NCBI GenBank assembly: GCA_032718475.1
Contig: JAUCBJ010007683.1
Location: 1 to 53,669, forward strand
DNA: 53,669 nt
DNA from: Nemertoderma westbladi
Taxonomy: Eukaryota; Animalia; Xenacoelomorpha
Reading direction: 5' to 3'
Shown here: piece by piece, positions 13,938 through 22,849 of the stretch
How the letters are laid out: the number at the start of each line of letters is the position of its first letter
Position numbering within the stretch: position 1 is the stretch's first letter
Program-made: the position numbers and the translations under genes
Notes under the pieces: generated by a model
What the model was told of the DNA's origin: nothing
Databases searched by the model: none
What the model saw: the letters and a program-made list of their open reading frames with translations, nothing else

Positions 13938-14935
13938 GGGAGAACGCCAACGAATGCGTGCTGTCCCAGTCATGGCTGGAGTTATCCTCGGATGCCATGG
14001 TAGGACTCTTCTCTTCCGATATGTTCGTCCTAGAGGAAGCCGAGGTCTGGCGTGCGGCGATCAGATGGGCATGTTACCAAGGGAAGTGTAACATTCGACT
14101 CGAAACTTGGGATGACGCGGTCAGGGAGAGAATCAAATACCTTATGGAGCCGCTGATTCCATATATACGATTTCTTTTAATAGAATCGAAGATATTTGCC
14201 AAGGAGGTCGAACCAACGAGAATAATTCCCAACGAGATTCTCCTAGAGCGATACAAACTCGCCGCTATTCCGACCCGTGTCTGGGAGTTGGGCTGCGAGA
14301 TGCGACTGCAGCCCAGGATCGTATACCGGCTGTTCCGAGACACGGAGATCCTTAGCAACCAATACCGGCCTCTGCAGCGCTACCTAGCGATGTGGTACGG
14401 TAACATGCAGCAGGAGTGGCGACTGCTGTGTCGGGGGTCGCGCGACGGGTTTACGGGCGCCGCGTTCCATCAGCTGGTCGACGGGTACGCACCGACCTAC
14501 ACAATCATACAGGGAACAAACGGGAACATCGCCGGTGGATATTCCGACGTGCCGTGGGACTCTACCACCAAGCTGACGGGAAGAGCGAAGAACGAGGGGA
14601 AGTTCAACGAGTCCAACAACGCGTTTCTCTTCTCTTTGGTCAATAAGGAGGAGTTCCCACCCATGCAGTTCCCGATACAGCAGCCGGCCTACGCGGTCTG
14701 CAGTCACCCCGATTACGGGCCCACGTTCGGGGCTGGTCCCGACATTATGTTGGCTAGCAACTGCAACACAAACAACGCGTCTCGCAGTCGCTTCCCGCAC
14801 ACTTACACCGCCAGGGACATGCCGGGATCCATGCTGATGGGCGACGTGGCCTTCGCCGTCCACGACTACGAGGTCTACACCCTAAGGGAATCCGTGTCAT
14901 CCGTTGTCCAGGGGATGAAGGGGAAAAATCAATAA
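13938..14935 (+). CDS. BTB/POZ-BACK-TLDc protein, coding exon 2 (BACK and TLDc domains); spliced product ~509 aa
   Basis: Acceptor TTTGCAG|G joins in frame (QFIG|ENANECV); BACK motif EAEVWRAAIRW...IRF; TLDc motifs WRLLCRGSRDGF...FH, GNIAGGYS, AFLFSL, YGPTFGAG and DYEVY. Confidence 0.9.
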
Positions 14936-14981
14936 ATATACTGAATTTGTAATTCTGTTACGAATTTTAATTGGTTCGGAG

Positions 14982-15223
14982 CAGGATAGTAGGATAGCAG
15001 GGCGAAGAGGTAACCACTAAACAGGATAGTAGGATAGCAGGGCGAAGAGGTAACCACTAAACTGGATAGTAGGATAGCAGGGCGAAGAGGTAACCACTAA
15101 ACAGGATAGTAGGAGAGCAGGGCGAAAAGGTAACCACTAAACTGGATAGTAGGAGAGCAGGGCGAAAAGGTAACCACTAAACTGGATAGTAGGATAGCAG
15201 GGCGAAGAGGTAACCACTAAACT
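14982..15223 (+). repeat. 40-bp tandem repeat, 6 copies, just 3' of the stop codon
   Basis: Unit GGATAGTAGGATAGCAGGGCGAAGAGGTAACCACTAAACT. Confidence 0.95.
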
Positions 15224-15318
15224 GACCAGCCTGTTAAATAAACATTAAACACGACCGATACAGTAGGCCTACTGTAAAATAAAGTGCCAGATGATTTTCC
15301 CTGTTTCAAGTAAATTTA

Positions 15319-16652
15319 GGCCCGGTTTCTCAAACAAAGTGCCCACTTATCCTACTGTAAAATGGCCACTTAATAATTTTAAATGCCCACTTTGTTAAAT
15401 GGCCACTGAGTTTAAGTTAAGTGTTGTCTTTCATAAAAAGATAACGAGCACTTAACAAAGTGACCACTTTAATAATTTAAGGTAAAATTTATCCTAAACT
15501 GAAAGTTGAATTCAGTAGTTAACGGTAGCTAACAGTTCAATCAGTTAAATATGATCATATGTGAATGGAAGATCAATTTAATTTATTTTTATTACGTCTG
15601 AGCAAAGGGTGTGAACAAAACAAAACCCAAGACTTTAAATAATAATACATAATTTAAATAATAATAATTAAATAATAAAATAATTTAACCTAGCTAGACC
15701 ACGAATAATAACTACCATCAAAAATCTATATATTTTTGCCACGGGATATTCTAGAACATTAATTATGTCAAAATCTGCATAAAAACAGCTAAAAAAATAT
15801 TGAAAATGAATACGGTTCTGCGTGGTTTGCTGGTAGCTCAGTTGGTTGAGCGCCGGGCCTGCAATCTATTGGTTGTAGGTTCAGCCCCGCCAGGGTCCAC
15901 TCAGCCTTTCATCCACTGGGGTCGATAAAATGAGTACCAGTTAAATAACTGGGAGCAAATCTTGGGATATGAGTAGCGCCCACCCCTACCTTCGGGTAGC
16001 AGCTATCGAAAGAGGAGCCTTCGGGTCGCCTCCGGCTTCAGCCGACTGTTTGCTTTTACGGATCTACGGATATCTTCCCAATATTTTACAGACGATATAA
16101 AATGCCCTGTAGTGGTTCAGTAGAACTCAATAAAATTAAATGGCGCAAAATGACCGCAAACACAACATAAATCGTAGTGGGTCTGAAAATTAATTTAATT
16201 TAATTAAAAACATTAAGGGAAAGGAGCAGGTTACAGTGACGGTGTTTTCTAACCAAAGCAATAAACTATACATTATTTCATTTGCGGTCAATTTGCGCTT
16301 AAGATCACTATTTTCACTTACGGTCAATGTGCGCCACGATCTGACTTGTAGGGGATTTAATTGAGTTTGATATTGTTCACTCTCGATTTTCGTCAATGCC
16401 TATTTTATTTACTGAAACAAAGGCCATAACATTACCGGCACAATGCAAACTGTATTTTTTTTATTTACTTAAGACTTGTGGCATGATAAGGTACATACCT
16501 CCCAGGGTTACTTAAGTTCTCCCTTAAATGTGAAACTTTAAATGGTCATTTAACTTTTGAGAAACTGCAAATAAATTTAAGGGGGCACTTAGTAACAAAA
16601 CACTTAGTTTAAGAGCCCAATTTAAGTTAAGTGAGTTTTGAGAAACCGGGCC
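15319..16652. mobile_element. Harbinger-like MITE carrying nested insertions
   Basis: 16-bp perfect TIR GGCCCGGTTTCTCAAA / TTTGAGAAACCGGGCC; TTA on the left, imperfect TSD on the right. Confidence 0.65.
15821..16060 (+). mobile_element. tRNA-derived SINE with Nin/Deu-type core
   Basis: A box TAGCTCAGTTGG, degenerate B box GGTTCAGCCC and a GCA anticodon-like loop, followed by ACTCAGCCTTTCATCC...GGTCGATAAAATGAGTACCAG, which matches the Nin/Deu SINE core as I recall it. Confidence 0.7.
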
Positions 16653-17595
16653 AAAGTTCTTTTAATTTAATTTGATGACCAAATAATTCGCCCATGTAAA
16701 GAATACCAGGATTTCACTTTTCGGTCGACTTTTTATTGGAATTTTATATATGAAGATTTTTTATTTTTTTTAATTTATCTTTATTAAGTGTTTTATAGCG
16801 CTTATTTATGTCTTATAACCTGTACATATACTAATTCGTTTATTGTTTTGGTTAGATTCAGCCCTTCTGTAACCTGTGGTTTTGGTGAAAACCTGGTATT
16901 CTTCACATGGGGGTAACTGCAAAGTGAAATATAACGGCAGAAAGTCTGGTATTCTTCACATGGGCCAAATAATTAAAGAGATCCATATGAAAATATAAGA
17001 TTCACACAAGAAGCCAAAAATAGTAATTTTCCGAAGATTAAAAAAAATCGTGATTTCCAGCTCTTATTTATGATAAAATTATACTAAAAGTGTAGAATAA
17101 ATTGTATTCAGTGTAAGAATACTAAAGCATTTATATAGCGGCACCATTACAATATAACGTTGCTTACGTTATAAACAACAAAATGTCAAATATCATAAAA
17201 TGAATAATGATAATGAAATATAAAAAAGGCGACAGAAACCATGTAGGCCTACAGTACAGTAGAAATTAGAGCAAAATTATAAATAAGAGTAAAATCAGAA
17301 CCACTGCACCAAGGACAGCTGCACAGGTTATACATTTGGGGCGTCTGTTATATCCATTTATAAAAAGATGAGTTTTATTTAACTCCTACAGTAGGATAAA
17401 CTCATAGGGCACACAAGGGATACATATCAGGATATAAAACCGCGGGAAATTTTATCCTTTAATCCTTATTTGCACTACAGTCAGTAGCTTCGTACATGTT
17501 AGCCCGAGGCAATGTTTAAAGAATCCGCCCCCCCCCCCCCACCCCCCCGAAATACAATGTAATTGATAAATTATTTTAGGTTTTATTATACAAAT

Positions 17596-17975
17596 GTAGC
17601 AGCTTGGTCTAGTGGTGACATTACTGTGCTTCTGATTAGGGAGCCCGGGTTCGATCCCTAGATGGGGCAGCACTGTTTGGTCACAGTGCTTTAAATGCTG
17701 CAGCCTAGCCCAACCCCGGCTTTCATCCTTCAGTGGTCGATAAATGGGAACCAAGGCAACTTGGGAAATAGAGTGGAAGGGTTTACTGTGGAAGATCACC
17801 CATGGTGGTGAACAGGCATTCATTTAGGAAACAGAGTGGAAGGGTTTACTGTGGAAGATCACCCATGGTGGTGAACAGGCATTACTTTGGGGAACAGAGT
17901 GGAAGGGTTTACTGTGGAAGATCACCATGGTGGTGAACAGGCATTCCTTGGCTTAACGAGCCTAAAAGATTCTCC
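17596..17975 (+). mobile_element. Second tRNA-derived SINE with a triplicated ~57-bp 3' segment
   Basis: A box TGGTCTAGTGG, B box GGTTCGATCCC and core CTTTCATCCTTCAGTGGTCGATAAATG; 3 copies of AGAGTGGAAGGGTTTACTGTGGAAGATCACCCATGGTGGTGAACAGGCATT (~17769-17945). Confidence 0.65.
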
Positions 17976-18199
17976 CATTCATTATACAAATGTTCGATAT
18001 TTTAAATTCGTAAATAATTCGTAAAATAAATTAATGATAAATTTTGGGACACTTTTTTTACACTTTTTTAAAAATTTTTTTTATATACGGATATTTTATG
18101 TATAAAATATAATAGCTAATTAATCGTTAGGCCTACTTGTAATTTATCATTTAAGCTGTTTGGTTAAACCTTCATACCAAGAAGAACACGCATAGTCCA

Positions 18200-18746
18200 T
18201 GTGACACTGTATTAAAGAAGAGCAAAGTAACTTGCGGGAGTCGGTGTTTAAACTATTTTGGTTTCTCTATAGAAACCTAAGCCTACTGTTAACTTTCGAG
18301 AAAATATTTTTCACTGTACTTCCTCCTGATAAGCAGTTATCCAATGTGGCGCCTAGATATTTAACTTCCTTTTTATTTTCAATCTTATGTCCATTACTAG
18401 TGACTTCAAACTTAGTTACCTTCTTTAACTTTCTTTTGGAACCAAACAAAATACTTTCAGTTTTACCGTAGTGAATGGATAGCTTATTATCAACCAACCA
18501 TTCATTACAGGATTCTAGAACTGCACTTAACTTTTGGGAAATATGGATAGGATCTTTATGAGAGAAAATAAGAGCACTGTCGTCGGCATATAAAATGAGT
18601 TTAAAATCGGGATCTATACTACTTATCATATCATTTACATAGCATACAAAAAGCAGAGGACCTAATATACTACCTTGCGGTACACCGCAGGTAATCTCTT
18701 GTACAGTAAACTGACTGACTGACACATAAACACCAAACCCTCGCAT
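18200..18746 (-). pseudogene. CR1/L2-group LINE reverse transcriptase fragment
   Basis: CGVPQGSILGPLLFVCYVND, LYADD, WLVDNKLS and KYLG motifs. Confidence 0.85.
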
Positions 18747-19752
18747 TCATCATCGACCAATCAAAATAGACTTTTAAATTCACTGCCAAGAAATCGTTTG
18801 GAGAAATCGTTATCAAATGCCCCAGTCTCAGTAATATTTTAGTATTATGGCTGCTGTATTTTGCAGATAGGGGGGAAACTGAATGCAATAAAAATTCAAC
18901 CCTCTCTAGGGGAAATTTGACGCAAATAACAGATGATTATTTTATTTTATTTATTTATTGACTAAATGGGGTAAATAATAATATTGAAAGTACGCCACAG
19001 GAAAGCCATTAAGTCCAGCAAAAAAAATATACAGTTTAAAGTGACACGAAACAGACAGAATCCAGACAGAATTCAAAAATAAAACTGTAACCTGTTCTAT
19101 TGTGTTTGGTTTATTGTTTTGGTTAAAATAACGTGTCACTGTAACCTGCTCCTTTCCCTGTTTTTGAGAATTGAACATTGAGGCGGGATATAAATTCTCC
19201 AAGACGGGTTTTGCGTCCAGTTCCACCCCCCCTCTCGTATTTTGATATATTCACTATTCATGCAATGTTACCATCCCTGTCTGAGATTCTATCTATAAAT
19301 CAAATTTTCTCTATGTATATTTATCTTAACAATATTTCTTTGAAGCAGACATAACGTAGTGTTTAAATGGGGAATTAAATATATGATTTAATTTAATTAT
19401 TGACATCAGGATGTGTTTGTTTGTACCACATTGACCTTCTATGGGTTTTTGTAACGGGAAAAATCAGGCTTTAGCACACGAAACTATAAAATTTATTATG
19501 CCTTCTTGGAGTTGGAACTTGTCAAGATGATGATGTGAGGAATCTTTTACAAGCAAATTAACTCCTATGCCACCACAGCCAGTGAGCCAGATTGGGGGGG
19601 GGGGGGGGGGGGACCAAATTTTCGCCCCCCCCCCCCCCCCCCAACCATCAACGAAATAAAAAATAATTTAAATCAAAACTTGTATAATGTGAGTGCGGGG
19701 TTGTGTGAGTGCCACCGAGAATAAAATTTACTCAAAACATTTACATATCTCT

Positions 19753-20144
19753 ACTACTACTACTACGATCGGCATACTGCATTACAGCTGCATTATATAT
19801 ATTATATAATTAGATTAGCATTATATATTAAGAATGATGTGCCGGCTTGTCGATAAAATTGCGCCGCCATAACTCCCTATCACCCATGACATTTGCTAGA
19901 TCATCCGCATCTTCAAGGCCAGTGTCCTTTAAGATGCGTCTCAAGAAAGTCGTGGGCTGTCCACCATGCTTATTCACTCCATGAAGCCGCCAAAGCACAA
20001 GATTATGCACTGGCTGGTCCTCACGGCGAAAGCAATGTCCTGCAAAGAGGAGGCGGTTCCGTCTAAGTGTCAAGCTAGGGGAGACTAATGGAACACCTCC
20101 AATGTTGTATAGAGTCTGATTGGAGATGTTTTCATTGTACTTGA
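19753..20144 (-). pseudogene. RTE LINE 3' part, left flank of the LTR element insertion
   Basis: RLLFAGHCFRREDQPVHNLVLW; (TAG)n tail at ~19753-19766; sequence resumes colinearly at 37283. Confidence 0.88.
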
Positions 20145-20268
20145 TATAGAATTATATTCCCTAAATGCCGTGGATTTTCAAAATTTATTTTTATTCGAAT
20201 TAACTTTGTAAAGATTGCTTTGAGTTCTCATTCGTATTGGTTCTATCATTTGTACATCTATCGGTCAA

Positions 20269-20356
20269 GTGGTTCAGTAGCTCAGTCGGTAGAGCGTTGG
20301 AAATTATATGTGTAGTAGGTATTGAGTTCGAATCCTAGTAAGTGCGAATTATTTTT
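20269..20356 (+). ncRNA. tRNA-like Pol III unit in LTR U3 (also ~35501-35589 and ~49518-49603)
   Basis: D-arm GCTC-AGTCGGTA-GAGC with A box, B box GTTCGAATCC, then a T6-7 terminator; acceptor and anticodon stems do not pair, so it is not a canonical tRNA. Confidence 0.6.
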
Positions 20357-20414
20357 TGTACAGAATTTCAACTCATTTAAATTAACCGCTACAAATTAAT
20401 TGCATTTGTCTGTA

Positions 20415-20682
20415 CCAATGAGACTGTAGTTATTTGATTGTAACCAATGTCGTGCAAGTTATATATTAGCTGGACCAATAGCTATCTTTAAAAACATGTT
20501 AGAACCCATAGAACAATCGAGAATTTTCTCGATTGATTGCGGCACAAATTTGGTATATAAAGGTGCGATTTCGTTCATTAGTTCACCTACTTCAATCTCA
20601 ATTGCTGATCTACCTTAACTTTCTGTCTTATTTCAGATTACATTGTTTATTGTATAATAGTTATTATATCTTTTGTAATAAA
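20415..20682 (+). promoter_or_regulatory. LTR Pol II promoter and polyA signal
   Basis: Three CCAAT boxes ~30 bp apart (20415, 20444, 20475), TATATAAA at ~20554, Inr-like TCATTAGTT at ~20575 and AATAAA at 20677; all conserved in the diverged copy-2 LTR. Confidence 0.7.
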
Positions 20683-22045
20683 AGTCAGAAATACTAGTCA
20701 CATCTCAGCCTTTTTCTATCTGTTTTATCATGGATTCACTACGGTGAACAAACTCAGGGACAGGATGGCCGGCTAGAGATCGGGCCGCAGCAATGAACGG
20801 GAACATCGGGGGAATGTAGACGAGAGACAACCCGCAATACCATCTAGAGTTATTCGCCCATCGCCTGAAAGGTTAGACAGCGTTCGATCCTTGCTACCTA
20901 AGTGTAAGACCAAAAGATCAAAAAGGTAGACGTAGTGACACGCTGTAAGCCTAAAATTACATCAAAGGGACTGTACTGTCTTGATTCAGGAAAAACCGCA
21001 GTAGACCTTCATATTCCTACGGGGGGGAGAGCGCAGGCAGATACTAGTACGCAGATAGGACGTAGGCACACCGGTACGAAGCATACACATTGGTTAGGGT
21101 GCAGCAAACTGTACGCTTAACTCTTGCTAAGTACAGGTGCGTCTGTGACTATTTGCCGTACAACGGTGTCCATTGCATTAGAACTTGTAGGCTAGGGGGG
21201 TTGCTGTGTTTTCACCTGAATTAGGATTGTACCGTTCAGGCGGTAGGGCAGTTTACGTACTAGGCGCAAATAAATTGAGGCTATTAGGGATACTAACATC
21301 TACCGTGTCCCCGCCAACGCCCTAATAGGAAGTTACCCGGACTACCTGGGTGACTAAAATTCTAGATAGGAGCCAGGATAGCTATTAGTACCCGTACGCC
21401 TACAGTAGTAAACTAACACATCTCTTCTTAGTATCAGGGACCTGGTACCTAAAATTGCCGAATTCTGGGCGTAGTATTAACCTTATGCCTGAATTTGAGT
21501 CCTGGAAATACGCAAGAGGGGAAGGAACCTTATCATTCGTGAGTATTGGACCTACAAGTTACAAAATTAGAATATTCGTAAAATGCACACCGTACCCAGT
21601 AATTATATATGTGAAGGAGCAAAACTGCTTTTGACCGTTCAGAATTAACACACGCGCGTTAGAAATTATTTACACCTCAAAATATATAAAATTAACTTTC
21701 GTCCTTACTGCACTTTGCTCGCTAGTTAGACATCTCCAAATATCTGCCTCTGTACCTAGCTAGCGTCCCTTTGCCCAACCATATAAATCACACCGCGGCA
21801 AAGTATACGAGCCTCTTAGTCCGTCAGTGAGTCAGCCTGATTTTAGGATTCGCTGCGCGGGATTTTGTTTTATCGAAGTTTGTCTGCTCGTAGACTGTTT
21901 TCTGCCTCACCGGTTATAAGAGATCGATACTGCAATATATTCGCTTACTTAGAGTTTACTGTTTTGGTGAGAAGGTCGGATTTATGATTTGATTCACAAA
22001 CTTTACAGTAGGATATTGCAGGTATTGTTGCTGTCTCTTCAATTA

Positions 22046-22056
22046 GTAGGAATATG
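22046..22056 (+). other. Non-tRNA primer-binding site GTAGGAATATG
   Basis: Immediately follows the 5' LTR, lacks TGG, and is the exact reverse complement of LTR 21010-21020 CATATTCCTAC. Confidence 0.7.
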
Positions 22057-22849
22057 TTTTACTGAACTACGGTTCAGTAGGACTAAAGTTATTTGAAAAT
22101 TTGTATTTTGAGGTAAAAATTTGTATTTGATTAGCTAAGTGCTAATTTTTGAAATAAAAATTTGATTTGAACCGCGTGTAAAATATTTGGAATTGAATAC
22201 CGGTGTTTAAAAGGGTTTAAATACCATATTGTACCGGTACAAAATTTTCGTAAAGTAAAACCTAACTCTTTTGTTTTTCAGGATTCAGAACTCATTTCTA
22301 GACTGTAACGGGAGCAAGACCGTGTTTAGCAAGTTTGGGAGATAGATAACTCAACAACTTTGGTTGGGAAAATCGCGTTTCGTCCGCAACGCTGAAAACG
22401 GAAAGGTTCACGTCCGGTTTGTATCTGGGGATCTGTTTTTCTGGAGAATTATTGGAGTGGGTGAGTTCGAAAAGTTGCATAAATAAGTTAGGCATTACCG
22501 TATTAGTTAAAATTATTGTGGGTTCCACTGTCTCAAGTATTTATGCATTCCGTATGATTTCTTTGTTCATTGCTGAATTAGTCCGTATTATTGTATTTAA
22601 TTTACCTTTTGATAACGCATATCGTTATCCGATTTATTTGTTATAAAATTGGCCGCTAGGCTAATTTTATTATATACTTATTCCGTGACATTTATTTGCT
22701 GTAAAATTGGCCGTTTAGGCTAATTTTATCCATCTGCTATAAAATCGGCCGGTAGGCTAATTTTATAAGACTGTAATTAGTACCGTTTTGTACAAATACG
22801 GTAAACTCGATACTTTAACACTCACTTTACTTGACTTACAACTACCGAA

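Larger units (their letters stand above)
20145..22045 (+). repeat. 5' LTR (TATAG...AATTA)
   Basis: Direct repeat of 35377-37277; boundaries fixed by the TSD and by where the two LTRs stop matching. Confidence 0.95.

Noticed and set aside
20269-20346. Functional tRNA gene, or the element's RT primer
   Set aside because: Acceptor, anticodon and T stems do not pair, and its 3' end is not complementary to the PBS.
20935-21120. 61-aa ORF in both LTRs
   Set aside because: GTG start, and the frame is disrupted by indels in the copy-2 LTR.
21780-21960. Group I/II intron-like motifs in the distal LTR
   Set aside because: Only short resemblances; I could not build ordered P7 or domain V cores.
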